Shown here: positions 1 through 10,399 of the stretch, one piece after another | Numbering within the stretch: the stretch's first letter is position 1 | Layout of the letters: every line of letters starts with the position of its first letter | Notes under the pieces: generated by a model | What the model saw: only the letters and a program-made list of their open reading frames with translations | Told to the model about the DNA's origin: nothing | Databases searched by the model: none | Translations under genes and position numbers: made by a program | Assembly (NCBI GenBank): GCA_032718475.1 | Contig: JAUCBJ010007107.1 | Location: 1 to 64,000 of the forward strand | Direction: 5' to 3' | Source of the DNA: Nemertoderma westbladi | Lineage: Eukaryota > Animalia > Xenacoelomorpha | Length of the DNA: 64,000 nucleotides

Positions 1-1218
1 ATACAGTCCCAATCCCAATAAACATTAACTTGGTCATTTTGGCGGCCAAAACGACCAAAATGGCCAAATATAAATTGCGGCATTCATGAAAGGAACTTCT
101 GAGGCAAGTTGGCTTGTCAATCACAGCCAGTGAATAGAGGCTGAGTGTAAGTAAAGCCCAGGATGTTGGCAGATAGAAAAAGGCTTCGATTTCCGGACAT
201 TCCCTCCCCCCCCCCCCCCCCCCCATCCCAGCCCCCCCCCCCGGACATTCCCTCCCCAACCCCCCACCCCCCCGGACAGTTCCGTTCCGTTCGAGTAGGA
301 CACTACTGTTTTATAGTTCCCACGTTTATTTTTCATTTTGTAAGGTAAACGGACCGCTTGTATCCAGACAAGTTGTACAGTATCCAATTTCCCTTTCTTA
401 CTGTAGCTCAGAAATTTATATTTTGCATCCCGATTTTACATTTTGTATCCACGTTTTATTTATGGATTTCATCAATTCAATTACACTGTATTGTTTGCTA
501 ATCTTTAAACAATTACAGTAATTAGATGACCTATATATTCCATCCCCCGAATGATATACTGTTTTGTTTACTAGAGTTATAATAATTATGTAACAGTTTT
601 AATTATGAGTATTATTATCTAATTGAGTTCTTCAAATAGAAGCAGATGGGGTTGACTATTATTGATGCAATCAAAATTTATACCTCTCCAGGGGAAATCG
701 ACATGCGTAGACCTGTATTCTGTGTTCAGCATTACATATTGATAAACTAATTACATTTCCTGGTTACTTGCAATATTTTAAATATGATTTTGTTGAATTA
801 TATAATATTATAGTAATTGTTATATTAATTTGGGAGAGAGGGGTGGAAACTGGACGATTATCCTTCCCCTATTCATTTCAATGGTAGCCAGCTTGTCTTT
901 CCCGCACTGGGGGTAGACCATTGCCATTGGTTAGCTGTATGCTATTGTAATACAAAGAGAGCGGCAGGATAAAGAGAAATGCCGACCTCACTAATAATGG
1001 GCTGGTTGTTTGTCCCACATGTCACTTTAAGGTAGGGGGTACAGTAGGTACTACAGTTTACATGTTCAAGGGCGCCAGTCCCTAGTCGCTAGCCCATAGT
1101 CTGTCATGGAGTTCCTGTAGTAGTTTCAGACGCTTTCACTCAGTATCCTAGTGTCCAGGAAGTTGGGAGTTGAGTGTGGGTGGGTGGATTGGTGGCCCCC
1201 ACGCAACACCGCAGTGTC

Positions 1219-1626
1219 GGGTGACTACAAAACAAAGACCAACGACCCAAATAATAAAGACCTGTACAAATACAAAACACATGTGTTAACTTTCGTTTAT
1301 TGTTTTGGTTTCCCAACACGCCTCTGTACTGTAACCTGCTTCTTTACTAACCTGCTCCTTTAAATGGCAATGTGACCTCACGCTCTCTGGCAATGGGACC
1401 TAAAGCTCTTTGGAACCTAACGCTCTTTGGGACGTAACGCGACTTTACCTCTTTGTTTTGTACAGGTCACAATGAGCGTTATGTACCATTGCTATTTAAA
1501 GGAGCAGGTTAGTAAAGGAGCAAGTTACAGAGGCGTGACGGGGGATTCAAAACAATTAACGAAAGTTAACACATGTAACAAGATTATGCAGGTCTTTATA
1601 ATTGGGTCTTTGTTTTGTAGTCACCC
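1219..1626. mobile_element. Mutator-like MITE nested in the TIR element
   Basis: TIRs gggtgactacaaaacaaagacc / ggtctttgttttgtagtcaccc with further internal inverted similarity; exact 9-bp TSD cgcagtgtc at 1210-1218 and 1627-1635. Confidence 0.85.
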
Positions 1627-1699
1627 CGCAGTGTCCGCGAATTATACATTGTAAAAAAATATTAAAAAAAAATGTTATTATAAAAAAAAATATTATTGA

Positions 1700-1935
1700 A
1701 ATTAATTTCCGAAATTAACATCCCGAAATTAATTTATGGACGTCCATTAATTAGTTATTTCATTACGATTCTGATTGGTTGATAGATTAATTTCGGGACG
1801 TCCATAAATTAATTTCGGGACGTCCATAAGTTAATTTCGGGACGTCCATAAGTTAATTTCGGGACGTCCATATAGTTAATTTCGGGACGTCCATAAATTA
1901 ATTTCGGGACGTCCATAAATTAATTTCAGGACGTT
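1700..1935. repeat. Minisatellite, ~22-bp unit (ttaatttcgggacgtccataa), with inverted copies at its left side
   Basis: About 6-7 direct copies at 1787-1935; reverse-complement pieces (tcccgaaattaatttatggacgtcc) at about 1700-1745. Confidence 0.85.
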
Positions 1936-3006
1936 CAGATTATTATACATACTCCTCCTTTAACGAAGCCCCATTTAACTCCTTTTATAAGACTGTGTAC
2001 TCTATCAATGCCTCAGTGGGCGGACTCCAGTACTGCAAGGCTCAGCGCCGGGTAAGTTAACAATCTGTCAATAATAAAAATGAAAGCGAGCCGACATTTA
2101 GTCAGATCCACCAAATGGATGGCCAAGGAGACAGACTGTCTGGATTGAGCTGATTCGAGTTAAATCGCTTCGCCAAAACGACCAAGTAGCCCATAGGAAT
2201 ACACTACATTTTTTTGGTGATTTTGGTCATTTTGGCCGCCAAAACGACCAAGTTAATGTTTATTGGGATTGGGACTGTATTATATTGTATTTGGAATATT
2301 GAAGTTGTATCTCTTTCTCAACGCTCGACATGTATTTAGTTTTGTTTTACAACCGTCAGTGTTGTTTCTAACTTGGTTGTTTTCTCCTCGACCATATTTC
2401 ATATTTTACTGGTATCGCTGTATTATATCGAGTCTTAATAATAATAATAATATGCATGGATCTTCGCCCTTCCATCAGGATTGCCGATGTAAATATATTA
2501 ATGCCTGTTCCATATCAACCACCACGCTACTGTTTGCCAGAAGTGTCCGCTACTTGCCTTGCTGAGCTCGTGGCCTAAATAATTTATTCTGTAAATATTA
2601 TACGGTAAATAATAAATATCAGTTTAAAATTATATTCTAAACATTTTATGTATTAATTATATTTTAAAGTGTACTTGATTGTAAATTTTGTTGCAGTCAA
2701 GTTTAGTTGTTTTAAATAAATAAATTTACTCAGCTTGGAGTGTATGTATATATTAAAAAAAAAATAATAATATCATCATTATCTGTCATACTGTCATTGC
2801 GCCAATAAAAGATAAGTTATTTTCGGTAAAATAAACTTATCATTCGAGGTTAAGACCCCTAGATCCCTTCCTATAATAAATGTATAATAACAAACACCTC
2901 GAAAAATACAGCTTGCCAACACATTGTTACTATCAATAATAAAACATCAGGGGCTAATAAAATGGCAGCTGGCTTTGAAATTAATACTCCATATCTCAAG
3001 AACCTG

Positions 3007-3059
3007 TGGCCTAGTGGTTGTAGTCTCGGCTTCTACCTCGAGGTCCCAGGTTCGAATCC
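3007..3059 (+). promoter_or_regulatory. tRNA-derived internal Pol III promoter (A box + B box), repeated in every 411-bp unit
   Basis: A box tggcctagtgg 3007-3017; B box ggttcgaatcc 3049-3059; tRNA-like spacing, but no acceptor stem. Confidence 0.8.
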
Positions 3060-3062
3060 GAC

Positions 3063-3105
3063 ACCACGCTGATGAGACCCAGTAAGGTCGAAACGCGTAC
3101 GTGGT
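3063..3105 (+). ncRNA. Minimal type I hammerhead ribozyme, copy 1
   Basis: Helix I accacg/cgtggt, core CTGATGA, helix II gacc-cagtaa-ggtc, GAAA, palindromic short helix III acgcgt, GUA cleavage triplet ending 3099. Confidence 0.9.
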
Positions 3106-3473
3106 TTGGAGAGATATGAGATATTAATTTCAAGAAAAATTACGCGATTCCTAAATTTGTACACTACCCGGTTTAAAAGTACGCATGTGATGGGATTAGT
3201 CCTACAATTGCGCCAATAAAAGATAAGTTATTTTCGGTAAAATAAACTTATCATTCGAGGTTAAGACCCCTAGATCCCTTCCTATAATAAATGTATAATA
3301 ACAAACACCTCGAAAAATACAGCTTGCCAACACATTGTTACTATCAATAATAAAACATCAGGGGCTAATAAAATGGCAGCTGGCTTTGAAATTAATACTC
3401 CATATCTCAAGAACCTGTGGCCTAGTGGTTGTAGTCTCGGCTTCTACCTCGAGGTCCCAGGTTCGAATCCGAC

Positions 3474-3516
3474 ACCACGCTGATGAGACCCAGTAAGGTC
3501 GAAACGCGTACGTGGT
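3474..3516 (+). ncRNA. Minimal type I hammerhead ribozyme, copy 2
   Basis: Identical to 3063-3105 (+411). Confidence 0.9.
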
Positions 3517-3884
3517 TTGGAGAGATATGAGATATTAATTTCAAGAAAAATTACGCGATTCCTAAATTTGTACACTACCCGGTTTAAAAGTACGCATGTG
3601 ATGGGATTAGTCCTACAATTGCGCCAATAAAAGATAAGTTATTTTCGGTAAAATAAACTTATCATTCGAGGTTAAGACCCCTAGATCCCTTCCTATAATA
3701 AATGTATAATAACAAACACCTCGAAAAATACAGCTTGCCAACACATTGTTACTATCAATAATAAAAAATCAGGGGCTAATAAAATGGCAGCTGGCTTTGA
3801 AATTAATACTCCATATCTCAAGAACCTGTGGCCTAGTGGTTGTAGTCTCGGCTTCTACCTCGAGGTCCCAGGTTCGAATCCGAC

Positions 3885-3927
3885 ACCACGCTGATGAGAC
3901 CCAGTAAGGTCGAAACGCGTACGTGGT
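3885..3927 (+). ncRNA. Minimal type I hammerhead ribozyme, copy 3
   Basis: Identical to 3063-3105 (+822). Confidence 0.9.
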
Positions 3928-4295
3928 TTGGAGAGATATGAGATATTAATTTCAAGAAAAATTACGCGATTCCTAAATTTGTACACTACCCGGTTAAAAA
4001 GTACGCATGTGATGGGATTAGTCCTACAATTGCGCCAATAAAAGATAAGTTATTTTCGGTAAAATAAACTTATCATTCGAGGTTAAGACCCCTAGATCCC
4101 TTCCTATAATAAATGTATAATAACAAACACCTCGAAAAATACAGCTTGCCAACACATTGTTACTATCAATAATAAAACATCAGGGGCTAATAAAATGGCA
4201 GCTGGCTTTGAAATTAATACTCCATATCTCAAGAACCTGTGGCCTAGTGGTTGTAGTCTCGGCTTCTACCTCGAGGTCCCAGGTTCGAATCCGAC

Positions 4296-4338
4296 ACCAC
4301 GCTGATGAGACCCAGTAAGGTCGAAACGCGTACGTGGT
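4296..4338 (+). ncRNA. Minimal type I hammerhead ribozyme, copy 4
   Basis: Identical to 3063-3105 (+1233). Confidence 0.9.
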
Positions 4339-4706
4339 TTGGAGAGATATGAGATATTAATTTCAAGAAAAATTACGCGATTCCTAAATTTGTACACTAC
4401 CCGGTTTAAAAGTACGCATGTGATGGGATTAGTCCTACAATTGCGCCAATAAAAGATAAGTTATTTTCGGTAAAATAAACTTATCATTCGAGGTTAAGAC
4501 CCCTAGATCCCTTCCTATAATAAATGTATAATAACAAACACCTCGAAAAATACAGCTTGCCAACACATTGTTACTATCAATAATAAAACATCAGGGGCTA
4601 ATAAAATGGCAGCTGGCTTTGAAATTAATACTCCATATCTCAAGAACCTGTGGCCTAGTGGTTGTAGTCTCGGCTTCTACCTCGAGGTCCCAGGTTCGAA
4701 TCCGAC

Positions 4707-4749
4707 ACCACGCTGATGAGACCCAGTAAGGTCGAAACGCGTACGTGGT
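4707..4749 (+). ncRNA. Minimal type I hammerhead ribozyme, copy 5
   Basis: Identical to 3063-3105 (+1644). Confidence 0.9.
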
Positions 4750-6350
4750 TTGGAGAGATATGAGATATTAATTTCAAGAAAAATTACGCGATTCCTAAAT
4801 TTGTACACTACCCGGTTTAAAAGTACGCATGTGATGGGATTAGTCCTACAATTGCGCCAATAAAAGATAAGTTATTTTCGGTAAAATAAACTTATCATTC
4901 GAGGTTAAGACCCCTAGATCCCTTCCTATAATAAATGTATAATAACAAACACCTCGAAAAATACAGCTTGCCAACACATTGTTACTATCAATACTGTCAT
5001 ATAGGCCTACCGCATAAATCCTGTAACAGTCTGACAGTGCACAGTGTAGGCCTATGGTTTACAGGCTGACAGGTCAGCTCAGCAGGTGTCTGGTGTATGT
5101 ACATGAAGTGCGGTACAGAAAGTAGTTTATGTAGTCAGTAGTACAGTAGTTACTATAATAATAATAATAATAATGCACTCTTTTATTAGGCTAATCATTA
5201 AACATATAAAAATTAATTAAAAGGGAGAACATCACCCAGGTTAGGTTACATGAACACTTACGGGCAACAATTGCACTTACAGACTTACAAATAGGCCTAT
5301 CGTTAAATTAAAAGACTAAAATACATGTTTCTTATATATTGTAAAAATTACTAATCCAAAAATCTACCAAAACTACAATAGGCCCCCTACGCCCTACCCC
5401 TAAGGTAAAAGATCTACTTTTTTTTAACAAGTTCTTAAAAACATTAATATTGCAGTATTGACTGCCATAAACTACGTCTGACTGTCTGACGGTAAATCGT
5501 CATATCGTCTGATCGTTCCATACACTTACTACACCGTCCTGTACACGCGGTTTGAATAGGAATACTTAGTTATCTCTAATCTAGTAAAACGTTTAAAAAG
5601 TTTATAAGAATGTCCTCTATTGCACCGCACCGTATTTCAGTATTTGCAAAATTAAAAAAATTTTTTTGCGGTAGATCAAAAAGTTGATGTAGAATGTTGT
5701 AAGTCATTGCAGCATTGTAAGATCAAAAATATGTCTTCGTACTTCTAAAGGCTGTACGGTAGTTCTAAGATTCTCAGCTCAATTAAATCAATTGTACCAA
5801 AGTGAATGCAGGAATGGGAGAGCTAACTGGAGTACAGTATTCTAGAATACTGGAATAGGTCACACGGGACTTATAGCTGTATAGGCAGTACCGGTAAGAA
5901 TTGCGTTTAAATTCAGAAATTACCAGTACAGCAGTATGAAAACATCTGAATATCATATTAACTATTTATATACGCCTTCTTCACCTGCTCCCTAAAGTAC
6001 TGAAGTATAAGTTAAACTTTAAATCACTACTTATAGTTATACCCAGATCCCTACAAGATGTATCATATCTCAATTTTGAACCACATACTGACATGACATA
6101 GATGGTATTCATTACTGTAATTACAATCTATTCTACGCTACCTGTACTGATATGAAGCACAGAGGTACCGGTACGCTGTCGTTAGTACTGTAGTACCGGT
6201 ACGCTACAGAACTAACTGCTGTACCGGTCAGCCGGTACTTTATTCAGTATTAACCCGTTAAACTGTTAAACGCTACCGTATTAAATACGATTAATCCTAA
6301 ACACAATAATTCCGATACTGATACTAACTCATAAACTGACTATTTTAATA

Positions 6351-9300
6351 ATGCCAAAGTCGTATACTAGCAGTACCGGTACTAGTCAAGGAAAACTGGT
6401 ACGAAATTCCGCTGCTTCCAAACTCTTCGATGAAGCCGTGGGATTTGATTGGATAACACCGAAGGATTCGACGAGGAGAGAGACTCGCGCGTCGTCCAAG
6501 TCGCCGGAGAAATCCAGCCAATCATCGACGTCTTCCTCGGTGTTTGATTCTCCGGAAAAACAACCGAATGTATTGCCTACTGGCAAAGGGAAGACGGCGC
6601 CGACCGCTCCTCGGAACAAACGCAAACTATCCGCTGTCAGTCCAATTAAATCGCCCTCAAAGAGGGCGAAAAATTGCGGAAACGACAACGCTAAACAGTC
6701 GCGTCTCCAACCCGAAACGGCGGACGCCAACGAATCCGAATCAGAGATCAAATCATCATCGAAACTTTTCGATGAGATTTTACCGACGACTCGAAAATCG
6801 AGTGGGAAGAATAAAACTCCGACGAAAATAGATTTAAAAGCAAAAAGAAGAAAACGCACTTATTCATCCACGCTGTTGGAGAATTCAACTTCAGAGACTG
6901 GCGCTCTCAGCGTTACCGTTTCTAGAACTTCCGGAACTTGTTTTGGTTTCGAGGACGATATCACTAGGCCTACACCCGGTAAACCGAGGAAGAAAGTCGA
7001 CGAACACAACTACGGAGCCGAGGTTTATGTGTCGAAACAGAAAGCGGAAGATCATCTGTATCTGCACGCGGTGTACGAAGATGGGGAGCGGAAACGGGAT
7101 CATTCGTACGCGACGCACTCGGATACCAAACCCAAGTACTACTGGCGGGAGAAGGGGAAGCCGCACAGCGACCACACGTACGAGTGCGAGGACGGAGTCC
7201 CGATAAACCATAACGTCGCCCTGATGGAGTCCAACAAACAGTTAACCGATAAACGACCCCAACAAACAGACAAACATCCCCAACAAACGGACAAGCGGCC
7301 CCAACAAACAGAAAAAATGCCTCAACAAGCGGACAGACGGCATAAACAAACGGACAAACGTTCTAAATTAGTAAGAGACGAAAAGTTTAAATCAATAAAC
7401 GACAACGGGAATAAATCTTTATCGGAAGAGTTTAACGATTCGAGCGATTATATTGAGGAATCTCTCGATCTCCCCGAGACCACCTCGGTCGGTGTTTACG
7501 ATTATAGCGACGAATTCACCCCGACTAAAGATTCCACCGACATCAAGGAACAGCCCAAAACCGGTGGGGAGGCGAAACGACGGATTCTGTGTAGCCCGCG
7601 GAAGAAGGTCGTCTACAACGCCAAATCGTGGCTCTCGGTGGACGGCGACTCCCCGGAGGAACCGAGGACCCCGGCTCAACGCCGACTCGTCGCGGTTCCC
7701 CCGAGGACTCCGGTTCAACCCCGTCTCGACGCTGTACCCCCCACCCCCGTTATATCCAACACGACTCACGAACTCCGCGAACTGGGCGAGTCCCAGAAAC
7801 TCAAAGAGGACCTCAGCTACCTGTTGGAAGGCTTGCAGCCGAGACACGCGCTCGCCACGCGGGTGCTCAGCGCGGTGAGCTTCGCGACTCGGTGCTGCGA
7901 CCGCCGCTTCCGTCTGCACCTCCGGGCCCGCGGGTGTCTCCCCCGGGTTATCGTGGCGCTGCGGGACTCCCCCCGCTACCAGTGTATGTCTCTGTGCGCG
8001 GCCGCCGTCCTCTTTCTGCTCGTCCAGGAGGGCAGCGTTGACCCGGAAGTGGACGTGCGAACCCTCGCCTTGCTGCTGCAACTCGCGCGGGTGCGACAGC
8101 GGTGGACCGGCCTGGAGGACGCCGGATCCACCCAGTCCGGTAAGGCCCACATGCGGATGGGTCAGCTGTTTAAGGGTCTCCTCCTCGGGGATGGACTCAT
8201 GTTGCTAGGGAACCCCAGCGTGGAGTCTGCCAGCGTCCGCGTGGGGGATCTAGCGATGGAGGCGGCGCTCACCATGGGGCTACTCAGCGGCTCAGAGTGG
8301 TTCAAAGAGCGACTCAGAACGTTCGGGGGGATCCCCCTTCTAGTCGACTACGTCCAGCAGTGGACCGACGTGGTCCTCGACGCTGATTGGTCCGACAGCC
8401 GCGGCGACCTCGATCGGGCGCTACTGTGCTGCACCAAGGGTCTATGCGTGGTCGTCACTGTGACCGAGGGGAACCTCGCCAATATTACCGCCCTGTTGGA
8501 GTACGGCGAGCTGATTGGTCGCTTGGCCCAGCTGGCGGGTCGCTGTCACACCGCGTTGCTAGACGACAACCAATCAAAGGGCGATAAAACCTTAGATTCT
8601 AATGAATCGCCGCAGATTAATAAAGCGTTCGGTGACTCAACGACCCAAAGTAAAGTCTTCAGTTGTCTCCAAGCAGTTCTTAAGACTTTGGTTCATTTAT
8701 CCTACGACGACAACGAGTTAGGGACTCACAGCACTCTGGTTGGTCAGCAAGCCGACCTGATTGGTATGCTGATAGACTGCGTCCTCCGTCTCCCTACAAG
8801 CATTCCTTGGGTTGAACGTCACGACGTTATGGTCCTCGGGTTGGTCCTACTGATCAACCTCGTCATCCACAGCCCCGCCAACCGCACCCAGGTCCTCCAA
8901 CCGGAAGAGACGCAACCCGGTTGTGACGTCATCGTCTCCTTGACGACCCTGTACGAGCGGTACACGGGTTTGGCGGCGGAGGCGGAATCCGAGACGATTT
9001 CTGCGATTCGGAGCACCAAGGAGCGGATGTTGCTGAAGTCGCAACGCACCGCGGACAACCGGGTTACCGAGAGCATTAAGGCGGCGTTACGGAGCGCGCA
9101 GAAGACCGCGGACTCGCATCTCGAGAACTCCATGGTAGCCGCTTACACCGCGCTCCTATTGGGTTGTCTAGTTCAGAACGACTCAGACTATATAGACCTG
9201 TTGAAGTCCAGTCTCCCGGGTAACAGTCTCTCCGGGATGGTGGAACGCTTACAATGGTACGTGGAATACTTCGAGTCGACTTTTAAGGACGATTACGATG

Positions 9301-9353
9301 TTATCGCTAATGTAGGTAAGGTTATTCGAACTTTACAACATTATATTCAATGA
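6351..9353 (+). CDS. WAPL: Wings apart-like (WAPL) cohesin release factor homologue, single exon, 1000 aa
   Basis: Disordered S/K-rich N-terminus with FGF motif (CFGFEDD); C-terminal WAPL domain motifs ELGESQKLKEDLSYLLEGL...TRVLSAVSFATRC...FRLHLRARG, EWFKERLRTFGG, VLGLVLLINLV, HLENSMVAAYTALLLGCL; aataaa near 9400. Confidence 0.9.
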   Translation: MPKSYTSSTGTSQGKLVRNSAASKLFDEAVGFDWITPKDSTRRETRASSKSPEKSSQSSTSSSVFDSPEKQPNVLPTGKGKTAPTAPRNKRKLSAVSPIKSPSKRAKNCGNDNAKQSRLQPETADANESESEIKSSSKLFDEILPTTRKSSGKNKTPTKIDLKAKRRKRTYSSTLLENSTSETGALSVTVSRTSGTCFGFEDDITRPTPGKPRKKVDEHNYGAEVYVSKQKAEDHLYLHAVYEDGERKRDHSYATHSDTKPKYYWREKGKPHSDHTYECEDGVPINHNVALMESNKQLTDKRPQQTDKHPQQTDKRPQQTEKMPQQADRRHKQTDKRSKLVRDEKFKSINDNGNKSLSEEFNDSSDYIEESLDLPETTSVGVYDYSDEFTPTKDSTDIKEQPKTGGEAKRRILCSPRKKVVYNAKSWLSVDGDSPEEPRTPAQRRLVAVPPRTPVQPRLDAVPPTPVISNTTHELRELGESQKLKEDLSYLLEGLQPRHALATRVLSAVSFATRCCDRRFRLHLRARGCLPRVIVALRDSPRYQCMSLCAAAVLFLLVQEGSVDPEVDVRTLALLLQLARVRQRWTGLEDAGSTQSGKAHMRMGQLFKGLLLGDGLMLLGNPSVESASVRVGDLAMEAALTMGLLSGSEWFKERLRTFGGIPLLVDYVQQWTDVVLDADWSDSRGDLDRALLCCTKGLCVVVTVTEGNLANITALLEYGELIGRLAQLAGRCHTALLDDNQSKGDKTLDSNESPQINKAFGDSTTQSKVFSCLQAVLKTLVHLSYDDNELGTHSTLVGQQADLIGMLIDCVLRLPTSIPWVERHDVMVLGLVLLINLVIHSPANRTQVLQPEETQPGCDVIVSLTTLYERYTGLAAEAESETISAIRSTKERMLLKSQRTADNRVTESIKAALRSAQKTADSHLENSMVAAYTALLLGCLVQNDSDYIDLLKSSLPGNSLSGMVERLQWYVEYFESTFKDDYDVIANVGKVIRTLQHYIQ
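7245..7360 (+). repeat. In-frame 21-bp coding repeat (QQTDKRP-like, about 5 copies) in WAPL
   Basis: TDKRPQQTDKHPQQTDKRPQQTEKMPQQADRRHKQTDKR. Confidence 0.8.
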
Positions 9354-10399
9354 TAAAGTTGAACCGATTTAATGTGAATTCTTAAAGTTTTACCTTTGAA
9401 ATAAAAGTTCCAATTCTACAAGAAAAGTCATAGCGGTACATTTACATAATATAATCACCATTCAGGGAATTTTGTATTTTGAAATTTCAGTTTATATTTC
9501 GGAAACTTTATAAATTATAGGCGATTTTTATACGATTAACTATTTTCGCTTTACGATTAATTTACCTTAAACACAATATAAATGGAATAAGACCAAGTTA
9601 GTTATAAAATTTGTTCCGATTTTGTCAGGAACTAATTTCCTAATTAATTAATTAATTAATTAAGATTCCTAATTAAATATTAACTATTTATTTTCTCATT
9701 TTGTTTAATTAACTAATTTTTTTCTCTGATTAATCTGACTCTCTATGCCTATAATATATTGTTTGCAATGATTTACCTTTTTCTTCGAATAGTGATTTTA
9801 AGTTACATTGATTTGCAGAAATAAATCCACGAATGTTTGGGGTTTACCATCGTGCTAATTTATAATACAACTTATACAACAATTGTATTCACTCTACTTT
9901 ACTTTATCTTGTACTAACTAGCCATCTTGGTATTTATTTTTATTCACAATTAGTGTATAACTGATATTTTTACTATTAAATTCGTTTTAGTTGGTTTAAT
10001 TGCTGTTTTTTTTTTAATAATGGACGTTTGTTGGAAATACTAAAACTGTATAGATCTGCTTTCCACGTGCTGAGTTACGGTAGTATGTGAATCTCTGTCT
10101 GAGTGTCTGTTCGCTATTACGTTAGTTTAAATAAACTCACCTACGTCTAAGGAACTATGGTGCTTATTATTACTACGTATTCTCCTAAGTTGGGATTGAA
10201 TATTGTTATTCCTATTTGAACATAACGAATTATAAGTTTTAATCAATGCGATTTGACCGTTTTTATCTAATATTTTATATTTGTTAATTAGTCCGGCCAT
10301 TCTAGAATTCTCTGACTGTTTCAAGTTGTTTTGTTATTTTGTATAATTTTATTTATGAAGTTTCGTTAAATCTTTTAACGAATGTTATCTCTTTAAGTT

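Larger units (their letters stand above)
4..2277. mobile_element. Non-autonomous TIR DNA transposon (Tc1/mariner-like termini CAGT...ACTG, TA target duplication)
   Basis: 4-60 (cagtcccaatcccaataaacattaacttggtc...) is the reverse complement of 2221-2277 with 2 mismatches; TA at 2-3 and 2278-2279; no transposase ORF inside. Confidence 0.8.
2797..4993 (+). repeat. Tandem array of 411-bp units (5.3 copies), hammerhead-containing retrozyme-like satellite
   Basis: Unit start ttgcgccaataaaag at 2797, 3208, 3619, 4030, 4441, 4852 (period 411); near-identical copies; flanked by direct repeat atactgtcat (2788-2797, 4991-5000). Confidence 0.95.

Noticed and set aside
1787-1935. CRISPR-like array
   Set aside because: Repeats are contiguous with no unique spacers; eukaryotic context and no cas genes
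3001-3065. tRNA gene in the 411-bp unit
   Set aside because: A and B boxes are present but there is no acceptor stem; the sequence runs into the hammerhead, so it is a tRNA-derived promoter
6386-9133. Overlapping antisense and alternate-frame ORFs within WAPL (and likewise within gag-pol and ORF2)
   Set aside because: Shadow ORFs of GC-rich coding sequence with no recognisable motifs
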